A stretch of DNA of 64,000 nt from a virus. Its lineage: Duplodnaviria; Caudoviricetes. A program made the position numbers and the translations under genes. Where the stretch lies: the IMG/VR virus record IMGVR_UViG_3300037067_012889, positions 192,001 to 256,000 of that record. One strand, written 5' to 3'. The stretch's first letter is position 1; each line of letters begins with the position of its first letter. A model generated the notes under the pieces. The model had not been told where the DNA came from. It saw nothing but the letters and a program-made list of their open reading frames with translations, and did no database searches. Of this stretch, positions 1 through 8,985 are shown in pieces.

Positions 1-1
1 C

Positions 2-226
2 GCAAACGCAATAGCTAAACTAATTAAGCCGATTATCCCTCTGACGTGGGATGCTTTTGAGAACTACTGCTTAAATAGTATAACCCTGAGTTATCAAGAG
101 CAACAAGAAATACAAAAGTATATCCAGTGGCGATGCACCAGCCCAGAATTAAATATCTCTAGCCTTATGGGCAAGAGCGAGCAGAAAGAATTCAACGAAA
201 AGCTAAAACGCCTAGGTATTAGTTAA
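2..226 (+). CDS. thyX: 3' end of probable flavin-dependent thymidylate synthase (partial)
   Basis: Frame 2 reads ANAIAKLIKPIIPLTWDAFENYCLNSITLS...MGKSEQKEFNEKLKRLGIS*, resembling ThyX C-termini; the N-terminus lies outside the window. Confidence 0.6.
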   Translation, partial: ANAIAKLIKPIIPLTWDAFENYCLNSITLSYQEQQEIQKYIQWRCTSPELNISSLMGKSEQKEFNEKLKRLGIS

Positions 227-256
227 TTGTTATTTCTACTCGTGCCATAACAATAT

Positions 257-445
257 ATGGCATTCACAGATGATATGTTCCTGCAGTTATTGCGATCAGG
301 TCCTGTCAGTCGCCATCAAATACCTGTTAACGGCGGCGAGCTATATCGTATGATCCAGCGTCTATCAGAACGCGGATTCAAGGTTTATCGTATCGATACC
401 GGTGGCAATCCAACCTGGAAATTGGGAGAAGAACATGCTGACTGA
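257..445 (+). CDS. small hypothetical protein (possible winged-helix)
   Basis: 62-aa ORF co-directional with its neighbours. Confidence 0.5.
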   Translation: MAFTDDMFLQLLRSGPVSRHQIPVNGGELYRMIQRLSERGFKVYRIDTGGNPTWKLGEEHAD

Positions 446-764
446 AGTAGAAGCACGTCGTGCAGGCGAAGAACTCTTACGCAGACTCAATGGATCTGGA
501 TGGGAACTGTGCGTTCATGAAAATTGCGGTTGGCATTACTATTGTCACAATGGTCTTCTGTCGGTATACGAAAACGGTGTCGGCAAGTATTTCACACTCC
601 TCAGTGCCGACCCAAACCTTAAAGCATGCGGCGAGATTTATTGGACAGAAGAAGAAAGGTTTGACGATCCCAATAAAGCCGTTGAACACCAAATGATGCT
701 CGCCAGAAATTTTCTCAACAAGATACGACGTGTGGTCGATGGCGTTGAGAAGAGGCTTCTGTAA
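435..764 (+). CDS. hypothetical protein
   Basis: ATG at 435 preceded by GGAG and overlapping the upstream stop. Confidence 0.6.
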   Translation: MLTEVEARRAGEELLRRLNGSGWELCVHENCGWHYYCHNGLLSVYENGVGKYFTLLSADPNLKACGEIYWTEEERFDDPNKAVEHQMMLARNFLNKIRRVVDGVEKRLL

Positions 765-765
765 T

Positions 766-1206
766 CTAGCGATGCGGTGTGGGGCCTAGACGAAAAGGAT
801 AGGCTGGATACCCATAACTGACTGGGTATCCGTAATTCGGACGATAAGCAGGTCGATATATCGGATACGTATAATTATCGTGATAGTGATAACGATAATT
901 ATAGTATTGGTGCCACTGTTGACTCTTAAGTTGTTCTTTCGCCAACCTTAAGGCTTGGGCCTTCTCTTCTTGTTGCCGTTTCTTCTCTTGCGATAGCATG
1001 TAGGCTTTCACGACTACAGCAACGCGTGTTGGCGTCATATTGTTGAGCTTTTCTTCCCATACCGCGATTTTATCCTCGTCGAATCGCAAATCGACTGTCA
1101 GATAGGCAAGTAGCCATTCCTTTTGTTGTTCTGTGGTCATAGCGTCGATATTAGTTGTATACGGCGTCTGTGCCATCATAACCATTACAAGGATTAGCGT
1201 GTTCAT
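766..1206 (-). CDS. secreted hypothetical protein with Tyr/Pro-rich tail
   Basis: Hydrophobic N-terminus; YRP/YGYP-rich C-terminus. Confidence 0.65.
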   Translation of the reverse strand: MNTLILVMVMMAQTPYTTNIDAMTTEQQKEWLLAYLTVDLRFDEDKIAVWEEKLNNMTPTRVAVVVKAYMLSQEKKRQQEEKAQALRLAKEQLKSQQWHQYYNYRYHYHDNYTYPIYRPAYRPNYGYPVSYGYPAYPFRLGPTPHR

Positions 1207-1472
1207 TAGTCTATCTCCACTTCCATAAATTGTTTATGCAACTCTAATAGCTTATCGTAGAATATTCTGATACCTTCATCATCGTGAAGAGCTTTTGCGT
1301 CTGCGATATTTCGAAGCTCTTGAGCCATATATCCATACAGCTTCTCCATTTTTCGCGTGTTTTCTAATGCCTTTTGTAGCTGCACAGATTGCTTATGATT
1401 TTTGACGATATAAAAAATCGAGATAGCACTACAGCCCATTACGATCATATTAAGAAACAAAGTCACTATCAT
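1206..1472 (-). CDS. small membrane-anchored hypothetical protein
   Basis: N-terminal TM segment; stop abuts the next start. Confidence 0.6.
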   Translation of the reverse strand: MIVTLFLNMIVMGCSAISIFYIVKNHKQSVQLQKALENTRKMEKLYGYMAQELRNIADAKALHDDEGIRIFYDKLLELHKQFMEVEID

Positions 1473-1710
1473 TTTCTACCTAAATGGCGTTTTCTTGTCG
1501 CCCAAATTGTCCAAACATGCAAGCAGTTAAAACACCTATACTCTTGTCGTCGTGGCGACTGTTTTACTAGATAACAAGCACACTTACCACAAACTGGACA
1601 ACGTTCAAGTGTTGGTCTAGGCTTACTCATTACCTATATTTACGAACTATTTCCTACATAATTATATCGCCAAACGTTGTTTGTTTTAATTGAATGTTCA
1701 AATATATCAT

Positions 1711-1926
1711 ATGAAACTCAGGCAATTATCAGAAGACGGCGTCACTAAAGAACGTAAGCAAACGTCTGCGCCAAAGACTAGGGTTTGGCAAACTGACTCT
1801 CACCAGGGAAAGAAATGTAATGCGGCCAAGTCTGTTGGCCCAGAAGCTAAACCATACCGATGGGGTACTGGTAAACCAATGTCCGGAGATGGTTATAAAG
1901 AACACATTCTCCCTGTTGGACATTAA
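1711..1926 (+). CDS. small hypothetical protein (MKLRQLSE start)
   Basis: ATG 1711, fills an intergenic gap. Confidence 0.45.
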   Translation: MKLRQLSEDGVTKERKQTSAPKTRVWQTDSHQGKKCNAAKSVGPEAKPYRWGTGKPMSGDGYKEHILPVGH

Positions 1927-2156
1927 TCCATCGTATCTGACATATTCTTTTCAAACCAGCCGTTCCATCTTTGGAGTTCTTTTTGCCAATGTTCAGGCAT
2001 ATCTTCTTGGAGCATAATCTCGTCAATGTTTGAGTTACTTCGCATAACAGACCATTGCCCCGGTGGTAGTTCCTTATCATTAGAATAAATCGTAGCAGCG
2101 GCTTCAACTTTGCTACCATCGATGCTATGGAATTGAATAAAGCATACGCTAGCCAT
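1923..2156 (-). CDS. hypothetical protein
   Basis: 77 aa, GGAG upstream, coupled to the upstream gene. Confidence 0.55.
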   Translation of the reverse strand: MASVCFIQFHSIDGSKVEAAATIYSNDKELPPGQWSVMRSNSNIDEIMLQEDMPEHWQKELQRWNGWFEKNMSDTMD

Positions 2157-2823
2157 TGCTATCTCCGAGCATGTCTAAGCATTCCGGTACTCGAAGATTA
2201 TAACGCTCACGTTGCATTTCAAGCACTTCAGACGCAATTGTGCTAAGCGTACATTGCAAGATAGCACGTCGGCCCGCCTTGCTGTCTAATAGATATGTCA
2301 GTGGAGGTGCAATAAAATCGTTATTATGTATGAGCTTCGTCTTAATCCATTTGTGGCATCTCGACGGTTTTGGTTCTCCGTTAGCCTCAATTGGCGAATC
2401 TCTATATATAACAAGGAATTCTTTATATAACTTCCAGTCACAGATTATTAAGGCATCAGGCCGCGTTCGTTCAGCATTAATATATCCGACGACCAAATGA
2501 TCAATCCGTGCGTCTGTGAAATCGCGTACGCCACATAGAACGGTTAAGAATCCAAGATAAGACGCATTACATGTTTTTTCTTGGATTCTGATATTGCCAT
2601 TAACAATCAGATCGATTTTTTGAGTTCTATCATCGTCTGTATTGACTCTATCATCAATATCACATCCAGCACCATAGAAGCCTTCATAATAAGGAACGAG
2701 CAGTTTGTGATTTTCTTGTGATATCATGAGTCGTTCCTCAAATGTCATGGTGCTGGCAAGTATATGACTGGTGCTGTTAATAATGGAACGTTTGATTTTT
2801 CTCCGCGATCGTTCCAATACCAA
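2149..2823 (-). CDS. hypothetical protein, possible PD-(D/E)XK-like nuclease
   Basis: Motif D..QKIDLIV...IQEK; start uncertain. Confidence 0.5.
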   Translation of the reverse strand: MVLERSRRKIKRSIINSTSHILASTMTFEERLMISQENHKLLVPYYEGFYGAGCDIDDRVNTDDDRTQKIDLIVNGNIRIQEKTCNASYLGFLTVLCGVRDFTDARIDHLVVGYINAERTRPDALIICDWKLYKEFLVIYRDSPIEANGEPKPSRCHKWIKTKLIHNNDFIAPPLTYLLDSKAGRRAILQCTLSTIASEVLEMQRERYNLRVPECLDMLGDSNG

Positions 2824-3473
2824 AACATGAAATACCCCATACGACCTAAGATGATCTGATCTAGTGTCGCACTCTTGTTCATTCGATCTTGCAATTTTGC
2901 TGCTTCAGAGATGCTATCGACACCAAGATAATCGTATGCTGGCTGTCTGAATTCTTTTGGTAGCCTGTCTTCCTTCTTGGGTGGATGGTATTCGTGCGTA
3001 GTGCTATGCATCGTAACCATTACACCATTTTCACACGACGTAGCTAATGCTATCCGTATGACCGCTAACCGTTTAGATGTCTCGTCTACGGCTTTCTCAA
3101 AATCATTTTGATATTTCCTTAGATCGACTTGTCGCAAGAATTTACAAAAGAATTCATCAGTTTGAGATTCATTCAATACTTGCACACCATGGTGATAATA
3201 ACAATGATAAATACCTAAGATCTCTCTAGAAAACAGAGTACCACAAAATGAGCTTTCTGGCATATCGGCTAAGAGATTATAGACACGTCTAACTTTAGCT
3301 TCCCACGCCGGGCTAGTAGATGGCCAATCGATGGTGACTATATTACATGCAAGCTGCCATCGATCGTCTGTAGGAGTAGATGCCTCATGAACTACGATTT
3401 CGTTCTTTGGCTCTTCCGGCCCCTGGTACTTCTGAAGCTGATACAGAATAGATTTCATATTGTTCAAATACAC
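2745..3473 (-). CDS. hypothetical protein
   Basis: 242-aa ORF in the minus-strand gene run. Confidence 0.6.
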   Translation of the reverse strand: MYLNNMKSILYQLQKYQGPEEPKNEIVVHEASTPTDDRWQLACNIVTIDWPSTSPAWEAKVRRVYNLLADMPESSFCGTLFSREILGIYHCYYHHGVQVLNESQTDEFFCKFLRQVDLRKYQNDFEKAVDETSKRLAVIRIALATSCENGVMVTMHSTTHEYHPPKKEDRLPKEFRQPAYDYLGVDSISEAAKLQDRMNKSATLDQIILGRMGYFMFWYWNDRGEKSNVPLLTAPVIYLPAP

Positions 3474-3486
3474 AATATGATTCTAT

Positions 3487-4224
3487 TTATGCCGCAGATT
3501 TCAGAGAATTGAAAATCTGTAAGAGCGGCCTTGTGTCGATATTCTGTTGCTGCGCGATTCTTGGTGTTGCTCGCCAAACGTTCGCCAACCCTCTGAAATG
3601 CAGCTCATCATGTAAAATCATCACATAACGAGTGATTAGACTGTCTGTCGGCGTGAAGTCTCCTCGCAATACAACACATAACTTTTCGACTGGTATTCCT
3701 TGATCGTATACGATTGTCATACCATGACCAGGATAAATCTGGTACATTTTTCCAGATTTACCACAAACGCTCACAAAGCCATTTCGAAGAAACCGACGAA
3801 ATTTGTCATCGCCAAGAAGCCTATGAAGCGTCTCACGAGCGCGCAACTCTCTGACATCAGAGGCAATTTTGGCCGGTGTGCGCGAAGATATGATAGCGGG
3901 ACCTTGTCGTCGTTGCAAAATCTGACGAAAACGATCGCTAACAGACAAAGGAGGTTCAAAAGAATGTTGCCAATTGTAAGTGTAATTATCGCCCCATTTG
4001 TTATGTGTGGCCCAATCGTTATAAAATCCGCGTGTGGAAGTGCCATCCGTTGCGAAATTAATGCAATAACTGTCGTGTAATATGTTCTTATTGTACTTAT
4101 CAAACGTTTTGATAATTGGAGCCGAAGTTGAAGTCGAAATACCACTCTCATACCAATCATACACAGCGGCAGTAGTGCATAATGGCATCGTGTAGTATCC
4201 AGATGTTAATTTATAATTAACCAC
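3487..4224 (-). CDS. hypothetical protein (neighbour of GG-terminated protein)
   Basis: 245-aa ORF with a globular-looking C-terminal domain (RARETL..LLG...F...GFVSV.GKSG..Y...LC). Confidence 0.7.
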   Translation of the reverse strand: MVNYKLTSGYYTMPLCTTAAVYDWYESGISTSTSAPIIKTFDKYNKNILHDSYCINFATDGTSTRGFYNDWATHNKWGDNYTYNWQHSFEPPLSVSDRFRQILQRRQGPAIISSRTPAKIASDVRELRARETLHRLLGDDKFRRFLRNGFVSVCGKSGKMYQIYPGHGMTIVYDQGIPVEKLCVVLRGDFTPTDSLITRYVMILHDELHFRGLANVWRATPRIAQQQNIDTRPLLQIFNSLKSAA

Positions 4225-4225
4225 G

Positions 4226-4567
4226 TCAGCCTCCCATAGCCATTTTAATCGGCAAGAATATGACTTGTTCGGCCATCGGGTCGAACTCTTTCATCTCATC
4301 TGACGAAGCTTTTCCACCAACGCCGACTTTATATGGTTTCAATCCTTGCTTTGTCAAGTCGTCAAACATCTCCTTCGCGGCCCTGATTTCCGCCAAGCTA
4401 TCAGAATCCCAAACGACACGTTTGTCGCCATCTTTCCAATTCACGATATGAAATATGCCATGCTTGGGGGGCGGAACAACGTCGTCAACGACGCGCAGCA
4501 ACTCTGGGATATTGATCTTTACCATTGCATTGCAACTGTCGATGACCGGTACTTCTATGAAACTCAT
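4226..4567 (-). CDS. small protein ending in di-glycine
   Basis: 113 aa ending ...EFDPMAEQVIFLPIKMAMGG*. Confidence 0.7.
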   Translation of the reverse strand: MSFIEVPVIDSCNAMVKINIPELLRVVDDVVPPPKHGIFHIVNWKDGDKRVVWDSDSLAEIRAAKEMFDDLTKQGLKPYKVGVGGKASSDEMKEFDPMAEQVIFLPIKMAMGG

Positions 4568-4569
4568 AA

Positions 4570-4992
4570 TTATCGCCCTGCTAATCTTCCTAAAAATCGA
4601 TCAGTCCAAGATTCTCGTATAAGTAGCTCTGCCGTATCGTATGGTGGTCTGATCAAATCTTTACCGTTTTTGATAACGACGCCATCTCGCTCTTTTTTGT
4701 AGTTGTGATTCTCAATTACCTCTCTCATACACACTGTTCTTGGTTCTTCTGACCAAGCAGCGATAGTAGGACACAATTCTTCTTCTGACGTACCATTGAA
4801 TCTACCAGATTCAACGATTTGCCCATCTTTGACAACACGCAAGTGCTCGTGCTTGCATTTCGGGCAAACAAGAGTAATTCGCCGATTGATAGATACGTCT
4901 AATTTGACAAGAATAAATCCACCGCAACCGCCGCCGCTAATAGTGCAGTGAATTTCCTGCCAGATTTTTGGACTTCTCTGCGACATCATCAC
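4570..4992 (-). CDS. Zn-ribbon hypothetical protein
   Basis: HC..SGGGC and CPKCKHEH motifs. Confidence 0.7.
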   Translation of the reverse strand: MMMSQRSPKIWQEIHCTISGGGCGGFILVKLDVSINRRITLVCPKCKHEHLRVVKDGQIVESGRFNGTSEEELCPTIAAWSEEPRTVCMREVIENHNYKKERDGVVIKNGKDLIRPPYDTAELLIRESWTDRFLGRLAGR

Positions 4993-5330
4993 TTCCCTGT
5001 GGTGAATTCTTGCAACGCCTTGAATGTTTCGCCAATCTCGATCTTGTTGACAGAAATTTCAGCATCGATCTTGGCATCATCGACAACGGCATTTACTTGG
5101 ATGATAGTGCCACGCTTCGAATCGATATAGTTGAAAATGCCACCTTGGTTCATCAGTCGCGTCCAAGCTTGGAACCAGACACCACAAGGAACAGCCACTT
5201 TAAGGCCGGATGAATCGGCATGGAAATGAATTTCGCCTTTGGCTTCGTGGATGCGAATGTCGCCAAGAACGGTCGTATCCTTGTTAGTAGCCTTAGAAGC
5301 ACACACCGTAGTTTCGCGCTCTCCTCCCAT
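4989..5330 (-). CDS. hypothetical protein
   Basis: AAGGAG RBS before ATG 5330; stop overlaps the next start. Confidence 0.65.
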   Translation of the reverse strand: MGGERETTVCASKATNKDTTVLGDIRIHEAKGEIHFHADSSGLKVAVPCGVWFQAWTRLMNQGGIFNYIDSKRGTIIQVNAVVDDAKIDAEISVNKIEIGETFKALQEFTTGK

Positions 5331-5465
5331 AGCATTCTCCTTATCAAGATAATAACTAGAATCGCCAATGAAGGCGGATATCACTAAAATACATCTCTAT
5401 TTTAGCATATCAAATAACGTCGGTCAAGTCCTGCAGTCGTATGAGATTCCCAAATTTCAAATATA

Positions 5466-5810
5466 CTACCAATCACCACCAGCACCACCGCCGCCGAAAT
5501 CTCCACCGCCGCCACCGAAAATACTGCTGCCACCACCGAGTATATCGAGATTCAATGAACTATCGTCCGAAGGCTCATCGACTGTCGATTTCGGCATATA
5601 TGATTCTTGTACTGCAGTGCTGTGATGCCCTGCCAGCATCGTTCTGACTTGTTGCTCAGTGTCGAAGTAAAATCGCCCACGACTCCAACTACCATCTCGT
5701 TGGAGATACAGAGCCTCACTACCAGATTTGTTTAAGCAATACCATTTGTTCCAATATTGCTCATCAACATCGGGTCCGGGCGTAGCTTGCTTGATTTGTA
5801 CTTGATCCAT
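5466..5810 (-). CDS. hypothetical protein with Gly-rich GGDFGGGGAGG.W tail
   Basis: Tail nearly identical to that of the upstream TPM protein. Confidence 0.65.
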   Translation of the reverse strand: MDQVQIKQATPGPDVDEQYWNKWYCLNKSGSEALYLQRDGSWSRGRFYFDTEQQVRTMLAGHHSTAVQESYMPKSTVDEPSDDSSLNLDILGGGSSIFGGGGGDFGGGGAGGDW

Positions 5811-5831
5811 CCTGTAGTCCTGTAGTCACCT
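5811..5831 (-). repeat. orphan 13-nt CRISPR repeat 3' handle plus 8-nt duplication
   Basis: Plus strand cctgtagt-cctgtagtcacct equals the 3' end of the array repeat (AGGTGACTACAGG on minus). Confidence 0.6.
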
Positions 5832-5858
5832 ATATAGGATTATCAAATTTCGAATACG

Positions 5859-6647
5859 TTACCAACCTCCACCGGCTCCACCGCCGCCAAAATCGCCACC
5901 ACCGCCTGAATAACTGTCGCTTCCTCCGCCACTACTGCCGCTGCTGCTGCTTCCACTACCAATGAAACTGCTACCGAAAGAATCGGAACTAATCGCAATT
6001 ATGACAATAACAATCACTATAATCACAACGATCACGATTATAGTGATGCCAAACCAAGTAGACCAAAAACTAGCAACTGCGGCACCGGCAACGACAGCTG
6101 TGCCAGCGCCGACAGCCCCTGGTACTACACGACCATGTATATTGGCGTCGATAGCTTCGATCGCTACTTTAATACCGGCATGAAAATCGCCAGCCTTGAA
6201 TTGTGGCTTCACCTGATCGGCAAGGATATGGCGGCACACAACATCGGTAAGCGTCCCTTCTAACCCACGCCCAACAGTTATCCAAGTCTTATGTTCTTTA
6301 ATAGCGGCGACAAACAACACCCCATTGTCTTTGTCTTTCTGTCCCAACTTCCATCTTTTGGCCGTCTCGATTGCGAATTGACTAATATCCTGTCCACCTA
6401 AAGTTGGTATAGTCAGGACAACAATTTGGTTGCCAGTTTCTTTCTCCTGCCTAAGAAGTTCATTGCTTAGGCTCTCAACTTGGCTCACCGACAACACTTT
6501 GGCATCGTCATTTATTGGACCACGTAATGTCGGCGTTGCAGCCGCACGTGCAGATTGCATCACCGGCATTAACAACATCGCAAGCATGCCGACAATTGCG
6601 ATTACGACGAGCAATTCAACTAATGTAAAACCGTTCGTGCGTTTCAT
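5859..6647 (-). CDS. TPM-domain membrane protein with prepilin-type N-terminal cleavage/methylation leader
   Basis: GFTLVELLVVIAIVGMLAMLLMP leader; TPM motifs (ETGNQIVVLTI, WKLGQKDKDNGVL, VGRGLEGTLTD); TM helix; Gly-rich tail. Confidence 0.88.
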   Translation of the reverse strand: MKRTNGFTLVELLVVIAIVGMLAMLLMPVMQSARAAATPTLRGPINDDAKVLSVSQVESLSNELLRQEKETGNQIVVLTIPTLGGQDISQFAIETAKRWKLGQKDKDNGVLFVAAIKEHKTWITVGRGLEGTLTDVVCRHILADQVKPQFKAGDFHAGIKVAIEAIDANIHGRVVPGAVGAGTAVVAGAAVASFWSTWFGITIIVIVVIIVIVIVIIAISSDSFGSSFIGSGSSSSGSSGGGSDSYSGGGGDFGGGGAGGGW

Positions 6648-6657
6648 TTAGTATCTC

Positions 6658-7263
6658 TCAGAATTCGACTTTTGGTGCAGTCTTCGCAGCTTCTGTTACT
6701 TCAAAAAGTTCTGCTCGTTTGAATCCGTGCACGTTAGCGACCATTTGACTGAACAGACCACCAACAGTAATGTTATATTCCTTCACAGCTTTATTATATC
6801 GGTGGCGAGCTTCATTAATACGATTTTCTGTACCTTCCAGCTGCGATTGAAGATCTAAGAAGTTCGTATTAGCTTTCAATTCAGGATATTGCTCCTGAAC
6901 TAGAAGTAGCCGTGACAGGGCCGATGACATACCGCCCTGCGCCTCTGCAAACTTTTTCATCTGTTCTGGGTCGGTCGTTGCGGCGTTAATATTTACCTGC
7001 CCGACCTTCGCACGTGCTTCGGTAACATCATTGAATACGTCATGCTCGTGTGTAGCATATCCCTTAACAGTGCTGACGAGGTTCGGTATCAGATCATACC
7101 TACGTTGAAGAGTAGATCCAATATCGGCCACCTTTTCCTGAACAGTATTGAATCCGGTATTGAGGCTACTATAAGTGCCCCACCACGACAACCCAATAAT
7201 AATGATGATGAGTAGTACGACGCCAACAAGACCCAATGCAACGTATAAACAACCCTTCATCAT
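6658..7263 (-). CDS. lemA: LemA family protein
   Basis: LQRRYDLIPNLVSTVKGYA.HE and YPELKANTNFLDLQSQLEGTENRI motifs. Confidence 0.95.
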   Translation of the reverse strand: MMKGCLYVALGLVGVVLLIIIIIGLSWWGTYSSLNTGFNTVQEKVADIGSTLQRRYDLIPNLVSTVKGYATHEHDVFNDVTEARAKVGQVNINAATTDPEQMKKFAEAQGGMSSALSRLLLVQEQYPELKANTNFLDLQSQLEGTENRINEARHRYNKAVKEYNITVGGLFSQMVANVHGFKRAELFEVTEAAKTAPKVEF

Positions 7264-7312
7264 ATATCTCCTAGACCAATTTAATAGTAAAATACATTAT
7301 ACAAGCTGGAAT

Positions 7313-7538
7313 CATGCAATATCTAGGAGCGAGCGATACTCTCTATTCCTGTTTTTGTTTACAGAAATATTCCTGTAGTCACCTGGGAACGAGCGGTACT
7401 CTCCATTGCAGAAAGGCGGATGGTCAAGATCGGGCTTCCTGTAGTCACCTGGGAACGAGCGGTACTCTCCATTGGAATGAGCTGTGCGAGCAATGGGCCA
7501 ACTCCTGTAGTCACCTGGGAACGAGCGGTACTCTCCAT
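7313..7538 (-). CRISPR. CRISPR array A: 3 perfect repeats plus 1 degenerate terminal repeat, 3 spacers
   Basis: 35-nt repeat cctgtagtcacctgggaacgagcggtactctccat at 7372, 7438 and 7504; degenerate copy at 7313-7346; spacers 25, 31 and 31 nt. Confidence 0.93.
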
Positions 7539-7583
7539 TACGCCAACGGGTTGACGGTCATAATAATACCACTAGTAAATCTG

Positions 7584-7922
7584 TCAGCTACATCGCACTC
7601 TACAATATGCCATGACTCTGTCATATATATAACATACGTCTGGTAAAAGCCAGATTGAATCGTCCCAAAATATCTGACCTTCTAGACCTTTCACGGTCTC
7701 TTCGACACATGAACAGGATACATATGTTACCTTCGATTCGCCAATAGTCAATGTGTTTCTATTCGAACGAATCGTAGGAATACCCATTTGGTCGAAAGAT
7801 CGCATATGCTGACTTAGCAGATCTTCGGCATATCGCTGGAAACAGGCGACCACTACGACATTCCGCTCTCCACGACGAACGGAGTCTATCACATCCTGGA
7901 TCAATTGTCGGCTGAGACCCAT
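7584..7922 (-). CDS. hypothetical protein inside the CRISPR locus
   Basis: 112-aa ORF between arrays A and B. Confidence 0.6.
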   Translation of the reverse strand: MGLSRQLIQDVIDSVRRGERNVVVVACFQRYAEDLLSQHMRSFDQMGIPTIRSNRNTLTIGESKVTYVSCSCVEETVKGLEGQIFWDDSIWLLPDVCYIYDRVMAYCRVRCS

Positions 7923-7939
7923 CAGTTCTCGGTTACGTT

Positions 7940-8473
7940 TCAGGCCGGTTGTGTTTCGGTCTCCAACAACGCTTCCAATTCGGCAATTTTCACGTTCAAC
8001 GCTTCGTTTTCTTCTTCGAGTTGTTTAATACGCGCCATCAGTTGGTCGATGATCGCCCTTTGGCGCACCTTCTCACGACGAGCTTGCGTAAGCTGGTCCT
8101 CGATTTGCCGTTGCTTCGGGCTACGTTTGGCCGATGGTGCGAGCCTGTTGCCCGAGATCATCTTCTGCCTCATCTTCCAAATCTTGCCATCAGCCCATTG
8201 CTCCTTACGTGGATAATATTCAAGGAGCTTTTCAAGTTCAAGGAAACTCAAACAGAGATCATCAACGTAGTCGTCCAGCAGGTCTGCTAACTTAAGGTCG
8301 TCAAGAACGTCGTTGTCGGCACGAAACTCCTCGTCGTGATAGACCCTGCTGAGCAGGACGATACGCTTATAAGCGTTAGCGCCGCTCCTCTCCCTCAATT
8401 TCCTCGCTTCCAGCAAGTTTGTCTTGTAGAGCTTGCTTGAGTTTTGTGGGGTCTGATCTGTCGAGTTCATCAA
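7940..8473 (-). CDS. helical hypothetical protein with C-terminal coiled coil
   Basis: 177 aa, GAGGAG RBS, heptad-rich C-terminus. Confidence 0.7.
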   Translation of the reverse strand: MMNSTDQTPQNSSKLYKTNLLEARKLRERSGANAYKRIVLLSRVYHDEEFRADNDVLDDLKLADLLDDYVDDLCLSFLELEKLLEYYPRKEQWADGKIWKMRQKMISGNRLAPSAKRSPKQRQIEDQLTQARREKVRQRAIIDQLMARIKQLEEENEALNVKIAELEALLETETQPA

Positions 8474-8609
8474 TAGTTCTCCTCATTCGTTTGTGGAAGT
8501 GTGCCAATGAAGCACAGTCCTTATTGCAATACTTACGACCCTCTTGCAATGGCATCTTGCAGATTGGACAGAAGAAACGAACAATATCAGCCTGTTTCGT
8601 AATTTCCAT
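8376..8609 (-). CDS. small Zn-finger protein
   Basis: CPICK...RKYCNKDC; overlaps the next ORF, so uncertain. Confidence 0.45.
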   Translation of the reverse strand: MEITKQADIVRFFCPICKMPLQEGRKYCNKDCASLAHFHKRMRRTIDELDRSDPTKLKQALQDKLAGSEEIEGEERR

Positions 8610-8619
8610 CCTATCCTGC

Positions 8620-8859
8620 CCTGCAGCCACCTAGAAACGATCACACTCTCTAAATACTGAGTTATCCAGAGAGCAGCAACCTGTAGTCACCTGGGAACGA
8701 GCGGTACTCTCCATCAACTTCGCACGCGGCTAGCACGCGTCCAGCCTGTAGTCACCTGGGAACGAGCGGTACTCTCCATCTGTCCCAACGCATCAGACAC
8801 CAACGCATCAGACAGACAACGCCGCCTGTAGTCACCTGGGAACGAGCGGTACTCTCCAT
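8620..8859 (-). CRISPR. CRISPR array B: 3 perfect repeats plus 1 degenerate terminal repeat, 3 spacers
   Basis: Repeats at 8680, 8745 and 8825; degenerate copy at 8620-8653; spacers 26, 30 and 45 nt. Confidence 0.93.
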
Positions 8860-8895
8860 TACGCCAACGGGTATTAAAGCATGCCACTAGTAAAA

Positions 8896-8972
8896 AGGTG
8901 ACTCTGGCGAGGGCTAACACGGTACGTATTGCCCGCAGCTATTCTCGCCTTCGAGACGTACAGGACGCCTCT
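8896..8972 (-). ncRNA. putative tracrRNA copy 1
   Basis: 77-nt element identical in 4 copies; two predicted stems; split complementarity to the repeat 3' end. Confidence 0.8.
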
Positions 8973-8985
8973 AAATTGATTCAGT

